Position numbers and translations under genes: made by a program. The notes under the pieces are model-generated. The model saw only the letters and a program-made list of their open reading frames with translations. It searched no databases and was not told where the DNA came from. A stretch of DNA of 58,911 bases, filler included. It is 5 parts of 5 records of this genome, joined end to end, with 100 filler letters (N's around TTAATTAATTAA, not from the genome) between each part and the next. Parts side by side here need not be neighbours in the genome. Positions count along the whole stretch, not along the records: positions 1 to 20,180 come from SRR31147125_41290; positions 20,281 to 29,551 come from SRR31147125_41306; positions 29,652 to 44,979 come from SRR31147125_41307; 2 more parts are not named here. One strand, written 5' to 3'. Shown piece after piece: positions 19,462-30,638 of this stretch (within the stretch, counting starts at the first letter, position 1; every line of letters begins with the position of its first letter).

Positions 19462-19746
19462 ATGGAATTTTCTGAGAGAACGATAAAAATCATCATAGAT
19501 GAAGAGAAGTGTGAGGGCTGTGAAACCCACGCCTGTGTCGAGGCATGCAGTACCTACAGCAGGGGGATTCTTGTACTTAAAGACGGCAAACCCGCAGTGG
19601 AGGGTGATGCCGAGGAACTTGCCCGCAAGGGAACCGAATGTCTGGCCTGTGAGTTTGCCTGCTGGACGAAGGGAAATTCGGCGATTACCATCGAGGCTCC
19701 CGTCGAGGGTTTGGATGCATACAGAAAAAAACACGGTACAGACTAA
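19462..19746 (+). CDS. Small 4Fe-4S ferredoxin
   Basis: CEGCETHACVEAC and CTECLACEFAC. Confidence 0.85.
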   Translation: MEFSERTIKIIIDEEKCEGCETHACVEACSTYSRGILVLKDGKPAVEGDAEELARKGTECLACEFACWTKGNSAITIEAPVEGLDAYRKKHGTD

Positions 19747-19757
19747 GCGGGGGTATC

Positions 19758-20180
19758 ATGGCTATTATATTAGATGAAAACACAACGGTAGTCGTACAGG
19801 GCATGACCGGTAGGGAGGGCTCTCTGCGAACCAAATTCATGCAGGATTATGGGACCAAGGTAGTGGCCGGCGTAACGCCTGGCAAGGGCGGTATGGAGGT
19901 TCACGGAATCCCGGTATACAACACAGTCAAAGAAGCCATTAGGGCGCAGGGACCGATAGATGCGGCGGTAACCTTTACCCCCGGGCCCGTGCTCAAGGGT
20001 GCGGTATTCGAGGCGATCGATGCGGGTATCAAATTTGTCTGCTCGCCGGTAGAACGCATTCCGGTTCACGACGTGATCGACATGGTCAGCTACGCACGCA
20101 AAAACGATGTGAAACTGCTCGGACCGGGAAGTCTCGGTATGATCACCCCCGGTAAAGCAGTCGTTGGCTGGCTCGGCGGC
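19758..20180 (+). CDS. SucD-like CoA-binding alpha subunit, truncated by contig end
   Basis: VVVQGMTGREG, YGTKVVAGVTPGKGG and LLGPGSLG. Confidence 0.88.
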
Positions 20181-20280
20181 NNNNNNNNNNNNNNNNNNNN
20201 NNNNNNNNNNNNNNNNNNNNNNNNTTAATTAATTAANNNNNNNNNNNNNNNNNNNNNNNNNNNNNNNNNNNNNNNNNNNN
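20181..20280. other. Artificial contig spacer
   Basis: N run, TTAATTAATTAA (stops in six frames), N run. Confidence 0.98.
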
Positions 20281-20891
20281 CCCAGGAAGGAATTCGTGGC
20301 GATGAAGAAAGTACTTCAAACGATGGCGTAATTAATACCATTTTTACGCGAATGATTGCCGGAGCCGGCGACCAGACTAACTGCTACTTTGCCGACAGAG
20401 TGAATCTGAAAATGGGCTCGCATGCATCGCAAATGGCAAAAGCAATTTGTATTTACAGCCCCTGGCAGTTTATGTATTGGTACGACCGTCCACAGGGCTC
20501 GCCAGGTGAAAAAGGTGGTGCCGGTGGTGCCGTTGGAGCAATACCCGAAATTGCTGATCTGCAATTTTACGATGATGTTCCAACCGTTTGGGACAATACA
20601 AAAGTTATTGAAGGATATCCCGGGAAATACGTATCGATTGCACGAAAAAAAGGCAGTAAATGGTACCTGGGCTCAATTGCCGGTACTCAACCTTACAGCC
20701 TTTCTTTAAAACTCGATTTTATGGATAAAAATACAAGCTACAAAGCAACCATCTTTTCAGATGATAAATCGTTAAATACCAGAACGAATGTAAGTATTCG
20801 CGAAATTGAAGTAAATGCCCAGTCTGTTCTCGAACAGAATATTTTGGAACAAAACGGATTGGCAGTGATTTTTACTCCAACTGAAAAATAG
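20281..20891 (+). CDS. Glycoside hydrolase family 97, C-terminal part
   Basis: QEGIRGDEE...FTRMIAGAGD, VPTVWDNT, PGKYVSIARKKG and WYLG. Confidence 0.85.
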
Positions 20892-20905
20892 ATTTTCTTA
20901 AACTT

Positions 20906-23336
20906 ATGAAGAATAAAAGCTTTTGTTTAATTGGCTCTAAAACCATTTTGTGGGTACTGCTTTCGTTTTGTCTGCTTCAGGCTAATGCAGAAGGAAAGAA
21001 AGGTATGTACCACAAAAATTGGATTGACCTGAATAAGAATGGGAAAAAGGATGTTTACGAGGACCGGTCTGCTACAACTGCAGACCGTATCGAAGATTTG
21101 ATTTCGCAAATGACACTTCAGGAAAAGGTGTGCCAGATGGTAACTTTGTATGGTTACGGGCGGGTGTGCCAGGAAGAGCTTCCAACCGAAAGCTGGAAAA
21201 AAGAGCTTTGGAAAGACGGGATCGGAAATATTGATGAGCATTTGAATAACCTTGCTTATCATCCAAATTCAGCTACTAAACATGCGTGGCCACCTTCAAA
21301 TCATATAAAAGCTTTAAACAAAGTACAAAAGTTTTTTATAGAGGAAACAAGGCTCGGAATTCCTGCAGAATTTACCAACGAAGGAATTCGGGGATTGTGC
21401 CACGAAAAAAGTACAAGCTTTCCGAGTCAATTGGGAGTTGGGGCAACATTCAACAAAGAAATTTCTTATCAGATAGGAAAAATAACAGGTGCCGAAGCCA
21501 AAGCATTACGATACAATAATGTGTATTCGCCACTCCTCGATGTATCGCGCGACCCGCGCTGGGGACGTCAGGTGGAATGTTTTGGCGAAGATCCGTTTTT
21601 GGTGCGCGAAATGGGATTCCAGAATATTCGCGGAATCCAGGAACAGGGAATTGTTTCAACGCCCAAACATTTTGCCATTTACAGTGCCCCAAAAGGTGGC
21701 CGCGATGGCGATGCCCGTACCGATCCACATATTACAGAACGCGAATTGTATTCACTGTATCTGTACCCTTTTCAAAAAGCAGTAAAAGAGGGCAAGGTAA
21801 AAGGTATAATGAGTTCGTATAACGATTACAACGGCGTTCCGGTTTCATCTTCGAAATATTTTTTAACCGAACTTTTGCGTAACCAGTGGGGATTTGATGG
21901 TTATGTGGTTTCCGATAGCCGCGCCGTAGAATTTATTGCCTGGAAACACAACATTGCTGCCGATGCAAAAGAGGCAACCTTAAAATCGGTTGAAGCCGGT
22001 TTAAATATTCGTACCGATTTTACCATGCCGCAAGATTATGCAATTCCTTTAAAAGAGTTGGTTGAAGAAGGAAAGCTAAATATAGAAACGCTAAACGACC
22101 GTGTTCGCGATATTCTGCGTGTGAAATTTTACGAAGGACTTTTCGATAAACCTTATGGCGATGAATTTGATGAGGCCGATAAAATTGTGAGCAACAACGA
22201 GTTTCAAAAGCTTGCTTACCAGACTTCTTTGGAATCAATTGTTTTATTAAAGAATGAGGATAATTTTTTACCTCTCGATTTTAGCAAATACAACTCGGTG
22301 TTGGTAACCGGTCCAAATGCCTTAGCAATCAATCATTCAATAAGTAGATATGGTCCTTCAAATATTGATGTTATTTCGGTTTTAGACGGAATAAAAGATA
22401 AATTTCCAAAAAGCGTTAAAGTAAATTATACCAAAGGCTGCGAATTTTTTGACGCAACCTGGCCGGAAAGCGAAATTATTGCCTGCGAACCAACCGAAAA
22501 AGAACAGCAGGAAATAAACAAGGCAGTTGAATTAGCCAGACAAAATGATTTAATTATTGCCGTAGTTGGCGACGATGAAGAAACCGTTGGAGAGTCACGT
22601 TCTCGTACTTCGCTTAATCTTCCGGGCAATCAGCAGCTTTTGGTAGAAGAATTATACAAAACCGGAAAACCTGTGGTTGTGGTTCTTTTAAATGGTCGCG
22701 CCATGACAATTAACTGGATAAATAAATACATTCCTGCAATTGTTGATGGTTGGTTCCAGGGGCAGTACGGTGGTGCTGCTGTTGCCGATGTGTTGGTTGG
22801 AAATTACAATCCCGGCGGAAAGCTCCCTATTTCTTTTCCTAAAACAGTGGGGCAGTTGCCAATGAATTTTCCGACCAAACCCGGTGCGCAGGCAAAACAG
22901 CCCGATGGTGGTGCAAATGGCGCAGGAAATACCCGTGTTAATGGCTTTTTGTATCCATTCGGTTACGGTTTAAGTTATACCACTTTCGAATATGCAAATT
23001 TGAAAATTGACCAAAGCAATTTGAATCCGGGAATTGCTGCAAAAATTTCGGCAACCATTACAAATACCGGAGACAGAAAAGGCGACGAAGTTGTTCAGCT
23101 TTATTTTTCAGATAAAATCTCATCGGTAACAGTTTACGAAAAACAGTTGCGTGGATTCGAACGCATTTCACTTGAACCGGGCGAAAGTAAAAAAGTAGAA
23201 TTCGAACTTACCCGCGAGGATTTATCGCTTTACAACCAAAATATGGAATTTGTGTTGGAGCCGGGTGAGTTCGAAATTATGCTGGGAAGTTCGTCGGAAG
23301 ATATTCGGTTTAAAAAAGATTATTTTCATAGATTAG
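20906..23336 (+). CDS. GH3 beta-glucosidase/xylosidase with Fn3-like domain
   Basis: DVSRDPRWGR, TPKHF, MSSYND, VVSDS and NPGGKLP; likely true stop TAG 23334-23336 after removing one T at ~23310. Confidence 0.92.
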
Positions 23337-23351
23337 ATAATTTGAATGATG

Positions 23352-23380
23352 GATTCTGTCTTCGTAATGGAGGCAGAATC
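23352..23380 (+). terminator. Hairpin after the GH3 gene
   Basis: GATTCTGTCTTC / GAGGCAGAATC stem followed by TTT. Confidence 0.45.
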
Positions 23381-23417
23381 TTTAGCCTTTTTAAACTAAA
23401 CAACTAAAACTAACAAA

Positions 23418-25298
23418 ATGAACCGAAGTCTTTTTTTTATTGCTTGTGTCTTAATTTTTAGCGTTGTAGCTAATGCACAAACTAAAGATGTGGCATACCT
23501 TATTGCTACTAAACACAGCGATAAATTCACTCAAATTTCACCTAAAAAAATAACGATTGGTGGCGAAATTGGCCGCCGTATTGATGTTACTATTAATAAC
23601 AACATCAAAAATCTCAACCTCGATAAAAATTTTACCGGGCATTTCGAAGTGAAAACCGGCCCCGAAGTGGTTGGCGCTTTTGTGGGAATGGGAATGCTGA
23701 TTGACGCAAGTGTGCGTTTTGCTGCTTATTCGAACGACCCGGAAATGCTAAAAATTAAAAACGAAATTGTTGAGAAGATTATCGATAATCAACTGGACGA
23801 CGGATACATAGGTTTTTACAAGCCCGAACGCCGTTTGTGGAACAGCAAAGGATTTGCCGATAACTGGGACATTCACGAAATGGCTTTTATCATCGACGGA
23901 TTATTATCGGATTACCAGTTTTTCGGGAATAAACGAGCTCTGGATGCAGCCATAAAAACAGCCGATTTTATTATCTCGCGCTGGCACGAAATGCCCGAAG
24001 ATTATGCAGCGGTTGTCGATATGCACGTGTTAGACACCGGTTTCGATTGGGCAATTATGCGTTTGTACCGTTTTACCGGAGAAAAGCGGTTTTTAGATTT
24101 TTCTGAAAATATTAAGTCGCTTTACGAATGGGATACGCCAATAACAATTGGGCGCCGAAAAGGTGTGAGTGGACACATGTTTGCCTACTTTGCTATGTGT
24201 GTAGCTCAACAGGAATTGTACCGATTGACCAATAACGAAGAATTGCTTCAACAAACCCAAAATGCCATTAATTTCTTTCTAAAAGACGATGGCCTGACAA
24301 TTACGGGAAGTGCCGGTATTCGCGAAATATGGACCAACGATCAAGACGGGGAAGGACATCTTGGAGAAACTTGTGCCACGGCCTACCAAATGCGAAACTA
24401 CGAGAGTTTGTTGCGTTTAACAGGCGATTCGAAATATGGCGATTTAATGGAAAGAACCGCCTTTAATGGCTTGTTTGCAGCGCAGTCGCCCGAAGGCGAT
24501 AAAATTCGTTATTATACTCCTTTTGAGGGACCTCGCGAATATTATCGGGTAGAATATATGTGCTGTCCGGGTAACTACCGCCGAATTATTTCTGAATTGC
24601 CCGGAATGGTTTATTACAAAACGGCCGACAGCGGAATTGCAGTAAATCTTTACGCAGAATCGGAGGCTACTTTAGGAGTGAACAACGGTGTGGAAGTTCA
24701 GCTTTCACAGCAAACAAAATATCCATCTAACGGAAAGGTTGAAATAACAGTTTCGCCAGAGAAAGCTTCTGTGTTTCCTGTTAAATTTCGCATACCGGGT
24801 TGGGCAACAAAGGCAAAAATTTTACTAAATGGCGAAGCATTCAGCGGAAAACCGGAAGCCGGTTCATTTGTAAGTATTAAAAGGAAATGGCGCGAAGACG
24901 ATAAAATTACCCTCGATTTTCCCATGGAATTTCGTTTTGTAAAAGGACGGAAACGTAACTCGGGACGTGTAGCTATAATGCGTGGCCCCGTGATTTACGG
25001 ATTGAACCTTGAAAAGAATCAGGAAGCAACAGCAAACGGCAAGCGAGACTACAACGATCTACGACGAATTTTACTCGACCCATCAACTTTGAGCGAAGTT
25101 GAGGAGGATGATTCTGTTCGCCCCAATGGAACTGCGGTTTATATAAGCGGCTGGCGCGAAGAAAACAGTGGGAAAGCCGACCGGAAACATGAATTTAAAC
25201 TAAAACTTACCGAATTTCCCGATCCGGAAAGCCAGTTTATTTATTTCAAAATACCTGATTACAGTATTGAGGTGGATGATGAGTTGGTGGAGAAATAA
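23418..25298 (+). CDS. GH127-family (beta-L-arabinofuranosidase-like) glycoside hydrolase
   Basis: Signal peptide; GETCAT, YGDLMERTAFN, CCPGN, RIPGWA and RGPVIY. Confidence 0.85.
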   Translation: MNRSLFFIACVLIFSVVANAQTKDVAYLIATKHSDKFTQISPKKITIGGEIGRRIDVTINNNIKNLNLDKNFTGHFEVKTGPEVVGAFVGMGMLIDASVRFAAYSNDPEMLKIKNEIVEKIIDNQLDDGYIGFYKPERRLWNSKGFADNWDIHEMAFIIDGLLSDYQFFGNKRALDAAIKTADFIISRWHEMPEDYAAVVDMHVLDTGFDWAIMRLYRFTGEKRFLDFSENIKSLYEWDTPITIGRRKGVSGHMFAYFAMCVAQQELYRLTNNEELLQQTQNAINFFLKDDGLTITGSAGIREIWTNDQDGEGHLGETCATAYQMRNYESLLRLTGDSKYGDLMERTAFNGLFAAQSPEGDKIRYYTPFEGPREYYRVEYMCCPGNYRRIISELPGMVYYKTADSGIAVNLYAESEATLGVNNGVEVQLSQQTKYPSNGKVEITVSPEKASVFPVKFRIPGWATKAKILLNGEAFSGKPEAGSFVSIKRKWREDDKITLDFPMEFRFVKGRKRNSGRVAIMRGPVIYGLNLEKNQEATANGKRDYNDLRRILLDPSTLSEVEEDDSVRPNGTAVYISGWREENSGKADRKHEFKLKLTEFPDPESQFIYFKIPDYSIEVDDELVEK

Positions 25299-25340
25299 AA
25301 CGTTTCGTTCGTCGGTAAATAATTTTTAAAATCTAAGTAT

Positions 25341-26723
25341 ATGACAACAAAATTTAACTACACATATTTAGCTCTTATCGTTTTTATTTCAGCACTTGGC
25401 GGATTACTTTTTGGTTACGACTGGGTAGTAATTGGCGGTGCCAAACGTTTTTACGAAGTGTTTTTCGGCATACGCGAAATGCCGGCACTGCAAGGTTGGG
25501 TAATGAGCAGTGCACTGGTTGGTTGCCTGGTTGGCGCCATTTCGGCCGGAACCATTTCCGATAAACTGGGCAGGAAGAAACCTTTGATTTTTGCTGCGGC
25601 ACTTTTCACTGTTTCTGCCATTGGAACAGGTGCTTCAAACGGTCTTACCCTGTTTATTGTTTACCGAATTATTGGAGGTTTGGGTATTGGAATGGCCTCG
25701 GTGCTTTCGCCTATTTATATTGCCGAAGTTTCGCCGGCTGAAAAACGTGGACGTTTTGTGGCAATTAACCAGCTAACCATTGTTGTGGGTATTTTGCTGG
25801 CTCAGTTAATTAACCTTTGGATTGCGCAGGATGTGCCCGAAGGTTTTTCCGATGCACAAATTTTGGAATCGTGGAACGGGCAAACTGCCTGGCGTTGGAT
25901 GTTTTGGGCCGAGGTGTTTTTTGCCGGAATGTTTTTTCTGATGGCATTTGTTATTCCTGAAAGTCCGCGATGGCTCGTTAAGGCGCATTATTTCGAAAAG
26001 GCTGAGAAAGTATTGTCAAAGCTTGGCGGCACCGAATACAGTCGTGAAACCTTACAAAATATTCAGAATACGGTTCAGGATGAAACTGCAAAAGTGGATA
26101 TAAAAGACCTGCAAACACCAAAAATTAAACGAATTGTTTTTATCGGAGTTATACTTGCCATTTTACAGCAATGGTGTGGAATAAATGTAATTTTTAACTA
26201 CGCCGACGAAATTTTTACACAAGCAGGTTACGGAATTAATGATATGCTTTTTAATATAGTGGCCACCGGAAGTGTTAATCTCTTATTCACTTTTGCCGGA
26301 ATGGCGGTTATAGACCGCTGGGGGCGCCGAAAACTTATGCTGCTGGGATTTGGTGGACTAAGTATTGTTTACTTGTTTTTCGGATTGTTTTATCATCTTG
26401 AATTAAAAGGGATGATTATGCTTGGCAGCGTATTGGTTGGTATTGCTCTTTATGCCATGACATTGGCTCCAACAACCTGGGTGGTGCTTTCCGAAATTTT
26501 CCCCAATAAAGTTCGTGGAGTAGCCATGTCTATTGCAACAATGGCGCTTTGGAGTGCCTGTTTCGCCATAACCTATGCTTTCCCCGTATTAAATAGTTGG
26601 GCAGGTGCCTCCGGTACTTTCTGGTTGTTCGGTGTAATTTGTGTTGGTGGATTCTTTTTCCTCAGAAAATATTTGCCCGAGACCAAAGGTAAATCGCTGG
26701 AAGAAATTGAGGAGATTATATAA
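25341..26723 (+). CDS. Sugar porter family MFS transporter
   Basis: GGLLFGYD, DKLGRK, PESPRWL, QQWCGINVI and PETKGKSLEEI. Confidence 0.93.
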   Translation: MTTKFNYTYLALIVFISALGGLLFGYDWVVIGGAKRFYEVFFGIREMPALQGWVMSSALVGCLVGAISAGTISDKLGRKKPLIFAAALFTVSAIGTGASNGLTLFIVYRIIGGLGIGMASVLSPIYIAEVSPAEKRGRFVAINQLTIVVGILLAQLINLWIAQDVPEGFSDAQILESWNGQTAWRWMFWAEVFFAGMFFLMAFVIPESPRWLVKAHYFEKAEKVLSKLGGTEYSRETLQNIQNTVQDETAKVDIKDLQTPKIKRIVFIGVILAILQQWCGINVIFNYADEIFTQAGYGINDMLFNIVATGSVNLLFTFAGMAVIDRWGRRKLMLLGFGGLSIVYLFFGLFYHLELKGMIMLGSVLVGIALYAMTLAPTTWVVLSEIFPNKVRGVAMSIATMALWSACFAITYAFPVLNSWAGASGTFWLFGVICVGGFFFLRKYLPETKGKSLEEIEEII

Positions 26724-26751
26724 AGAAAGTAAAAAGCAATTAAATCTGATT

Positions 26752-28383
26752 ATGAACCATAAACATTCACGAAGGGCTTTTATCCGAAAGTGTGCAGCAA
26801 CAACAACAGGACTTGCATTTGCTCCCTATTTTATTCAGGCATCAAATAAAGGAGTTAATTATTTAGAAGGCAAATTCAAACCCAACTTCGAGTCGTTAAA
26901 ACAATATAAATGCCCCGAGTGGTTTCGCGATGCTAAGTTTGGCATTTTTATGCATTGGGGTGTAAACTCTGTTCCGGGTTACAACGGACATTATGGGCGC
27001 TACATGTACTGGCAAAGCAAACCCGAAGACGTTGAAGGAACAGGCTGGAACGAGGGAGGTGCAGATGTTTACGATTATCATGTGAAAACTTACGGACACC
27101 CAACTAAATTCGGTTATAAAGATTTTATCCCGATGTGGAAAGCCGAAAAATTTAATGCCGAAAAGTTGACAAAATTATTTAAGAAAATTGGTGCAAAATA
27201 TGTTGTTCCAATGGCGGTTCATCACGATAATTTCGATAATTGGAACTCGAAATACCATCGCTGGAATTCGGTGGAAATGGGACCAAAAACAGACATTATT
27301 GGCGATTGGGAAAAAGCTTGCCGAAAACATAAACTTAAATTTGGTGTCTCGTCACATTTTAACGGCGGACACGAAAATGTGTTTTTCCAGGGAGCAGCCG
27401 ATTTTACCGGCCCTTTGGCGGGTGTACCTTACGATTCTGCTAAACCTGAATACGAAGACTTTTATTTTAAACGCAGTGCAGATAGAAAAAAGATTGTACC
27501 TGAATTTGGCAAACAATTTTTAAAACGTCATGTCGATTTAATTAGCAGTTATAAGCCCGATTTATTGTATTTCGATGGCGGCTTGCCTTATGGCGAAAAT
27601 GGCTTAAAAGTAGCTGCGCATTTTTACAATACCTGCATAAAAGCTCATGGCGAAAATCAGGGTGTGCTGAATCTGAAACGCGGATTCCCGGAAGGAGCTG
27701 CAACCCTCGACATGGAAAAAGGACAGGCCGACAAACTGCGCGACCTACCGTGGCAAACAGATACTACCATAAATGATGGATGGTTTTATTTGGGCAAACA
27801 TAAGTCGCCGAAATACAATGAAAAAGCCGGCGTGCAAAATATGCAGAATGATGAAAGTCAGTCGGTTGTGACAGAGTTGCGAATGGATGCCGAACAGATT
27901 ATTCATAATTTGGTGGATATTGTTAGCAAGAATGGAAATATGTTGCTAAACGTGGGCCCCAAAGCCGATGGAAGCCTTCCGGAAGTTTATATTTCGGAAC
28001 TGGAGAAAGTGGGAGAGTGGCTAAATATTAACGGCGAAGGTATTTATGAAACGCGCCCCTGGAAAATTTATGGAGAAGGCCCAACCGAAATTGAGGCCGG
28101 TAACTTTAAAGAGCCCGACCAGCCTTTTACCGATAAAGATATTCGCTTTACAAAAAATGGGAATAAGTTGTTTGCAACGTGTTTGGCTATTCCAGAAAAC
28201 GAATGTGTAATTCATTCGCTTGGAAAGGCGCAAAAAATGTTGTCCGGGTCGATTAAAAAGATCACTTTGAAAGGTTATTCGGGCAAAATAAATTGGAAAC
28301 AATCGGATGCGTTATTAAAAATTGAATTTCCGGCAGGAACAGAATTGAATTACGCGGCAGTATTTGAAATTGAATTAAAATAG
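26752..28383 (+). CDS. GH29 alpha-L-fucosidase with Tat-like signal
   Basis: SRRAFIRK; WFRDAKFGIFMHWG, HHD, YFDG and DIVSKNGNMLLNVGP. Confidence 0.9.
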   Translation: MNHKHSRRAFIRKCAATTTGLAFAPYFIQASNKGVNYLEGKFKPNFESLKQYKCPEWFRDAKFGIFMHWGVNSVPGYNGHYGRYMYWQSKPEDVEGTGWNEGGADVYDYHVKTYGHPTKFGYKDFIPMWKAEKFNAEKLTKLFKKIGAKYVVPMAVHHDNFDNWNSKYHRWNSVEMGPKTDIIGDWEKACRKHKLKFGVSSHFNGGHENVFFQGAADFTGPLAGVPYDSAKPEYEDFYFKRSADRKKIVPEFGKQFLKRHVDLISSYKPDLLYFDGGLPYGENGLKVAAHFYNTCIKAHGENQGVLNLKRGFPEGAATLDMEKGQADKLRDLPWQTDTTINDGWFYLGKHKSPKYNEKAGVQNMQNDESQSVVTELRMDAEQIIHNLVDIVSKNGNMLLNVGPKADGSLPEVYISELEKVGEWLNINGEGIYETRPWKIYGEGPTEIEAGNFKEPDQPFTDKDIRFTKNGNKLFATCLAIPENECVIHSLGKAQKMLSGSIKKITLKGYSGKINWKQSDALLKIEFPAGTELNYAAVFEIELK

Positions 28384-28392
28384 GAATTATAA

Positions 28393-29526
28393 ATGAATAA
28401 TTTTCATAACGATTTTTTTGAATCATATTCGGCACGATGGGGAAAAATTACCCGAAAGATTGAGGCCGTTTACAAACATCAAAATACTCAAATTCCTAAA
28501 ATAGTTTACGATATGAACTACTGGCTGGATGGCGAGAATTCGGATTTGATACCGGATAATTATTTTGAAGATGCGGCAGTTATGACTCAGTTTCAGGTTG
28601 ACCGAATGAAAAAGCACATCGAGAATTTCGACGATGATTTTATCCCTTTTCTGTTTCCTTGGTTCGGAACAGGAGTGGTACCTTCGGCTTTGGGCTGCGA
28701 AATTATTTTTCATCCGAATCAGGACCCCGCAACCGGGCAGCCTTTTATTAACGATGTTGCAGAAATAACAAACCTGAAAAAGCCCGATTATTATAAAGAT
28801 GGATTAATGCCACGCGTATTAAAAACCATCGACTTTATGCGCGAAAATACCAACTTGCCAATAAGTGTTACCGACCCGCAAGGCCCGCTAAACATAGCAC
28901 TTAGCATTTGCGGAGTTGAAAACCTGTTTATTTGGATGTGCACCAATCCCGATGAAGTGCACCAACTAATGGATTTTTGTGCCGATGTATTAATTGAATG
29001 GATTACAATTCAGAAAAAACATGCCGGGCAGGAACTTGACTCAGGAGCATGGCCACACGGAATTATTCTACCGAAAGGTTTTGGTGGCGTTTGGATAGCC
29101 GATGACGACTGCACCCAAATTTCGGAAGAAATGTACCGCGAGTTTGTGGTTCCGTACAATTCTAAAGTATTAAAAGCTTTTGGCGGCGGTACAATTCATT
29201 TTTGCGGAAGTGCACAACATCAAATCGATAATTTTCTGGCAACCGAAGGTATAACCGGTATTAATAATTTTTGCATGGGTGATTTTGGGCAGATAAAAGA
29301 AATGCAGGAAAAATTTGAAAATAAACTGGCTTTAATGGTTTGTGATTTTGCTCCCTTAAATGTTGCCGATTATTACAAAGAACTACTTGGTTTTTTAAAG
29401 CCCAAAGGAACAATCCTTTCATCGTACGCGTCGTATGGATATGCCCTTGATAATGGAAATTATGCCATAACAACCAGAAATGCCGATGAAATTGCTGCTA
29501 AAGTTTATGGCGTTTTTAATGATTAG
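28393..29526 (+). CDS. Uroporphyrinogen decarboxylase / MtaA-CmuA methyltransferase family protein
   Basis: TDPQGPLNIA, PDEVHQL, ADDDCTQISEEMYREFVVPYN and IHFCG. Confidence 0.75.
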   Translation: MNNFHNDFFESYSARWGKITRKIEAVYKHQNTQIPKIVYDMNYWLDGENSDLIPDNYFEDAAVMTQFQVDRMKKHIENFDDDFIPFLFPWFGTGVVPSALGCEIIFHPNQDPATGQPFINDVAEITNLKKPDYYKDGLMPRVLKTIDFMRENTNLPISVTDPQGPLNIALSICGVENLFIWMCTNPDEVHQLMDFCADVLIEWITIQKKHAGQELDSGAWPHGIILPKGFGGVWIADDDCTQISEEMYREFVVPYNSKVLKAFGGGTIHFCGSAQHQIDNFLATEGITGINNFCMGDFGQIKEMQEKFENKLALMVCDFAPLNVADYYKELLGFLKPKGTILSSYASYGYALDNGNYAITTRNADEIAAKVYGVFND

Positions 29527-29551
29527 TGTCAAGTCAAGCGTGCTCTTACGC

Positions 29552-29651
29552 NNNNNNNNNNNNNNNNNNNNNNNNNNNNNNNNNNNNNNNNNNNNTTAAT
29601 TAATTAANNNNNNNNNNNNNNNNNNNNNNNNNNNNNNNNNNNNNNNNNNNN
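29552..29651. other. Artificial contig spacer
   Basis: N run with TTAATTAATTAA. Confidence 0.98.
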
Positions 29652-30566
29652 GGGTGGAGTCCGTACGCATATAGGTGATCAACCCTTCCGGGCCGCTTTT
29701 TCCGATATCGATACCCTCGTAAAGCTGCTGGGCAACCATCATGGTTTTTTTGGCGGAGAAGCGAAGGCGGTTGATGGCATCCTGCTGAAGTTTACTGGTG
29801 ATAAACGGGGGCAGGGGATTGCGCTTGATGGTTTTTGTTTTGATTTGATCCACGGAAAACCTAAATTGCTTCAACTCATTGACAATGGCCGTTGATTCGG
29901 TCTCATTGGAGATGGATATTTTCTTTCCCTCTATTTTACTCAATGCCGCTGTGAATCGAGGCGGCATTTCAGCATCCAGTTCTGCCGAGATGGTCCAGTA
30001 CTCTTCCGGCTCAAAGGCTCTAATCTCCCGTTCCCTGTCACAGATGATTTTAACGGCAACGGACTGGACCCTTCCGGCACTCAGGCTTCCTTGAACCCGG
30101 CGCCAGAGCAGTGGTGAGATTTGATATCCAACCAACCGATCAAGGGTTCGTCTGGTTTGCTGGGCTTCATACCGGTCCATGTTCAGTTCCATGGGATGCT
30201 CCAATGCGTCGGCAATCCCCTTCTTTGTCAACTCATGAATCAGTACCCGGTAAAATTGTCGTCCCTTTTTTTCAACACGTCAGCGGCATGAAATGCAATG
30301 GCTTCCCCTTCACGGTCGGGGTCAGGTGCCAGGTAGACGGTGTCCGTTGTCCCGGCCGCTTTTTTCAGCTCTTGAACAACCTTTGATTTGCCTTTGATGG
30401 TGATATATTTGGTCTTGAAATCTTTTTCGATATCAATGCCGAGGTCCTTTTGTGGCAGATCTTTGATGTGTCCGGCCGTAGCCGCCACATTATATGATTT
30501 CCCAAGATATTTTTTTAGGGTTTTGACTTTAGTGGGGGACTCGACAATTAATAGTGGTTTACTCAC
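29652..30566 (-). CDS. topA: DNA topoisomerase I, partial, frameshift near 30265
   Basis: LLIVESPTK, DPDREGEAIA, SAGRVQS and ITYMRTDS. Confidence 0.95.
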
Positions 30567-30638
30567 GTTTACTCCTCCAATTCGGCGTCATGCTTTGTCA
30601 ACTCTGTAAAAAAGATGCCGAGATATGAATTGGTGTCA

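Noticed and set aside
20225-20236. TTAATTAATTAA palindrome recurring four times
   Set aside because: It is an artificial linker inside N spacers, not a biological repeat or CRISPR array
29527-29551. TGTCAAGTCAAGC at the contig end as an IS terminus
   Set aside because: Only 25 bp, with no partner repeat or transposase
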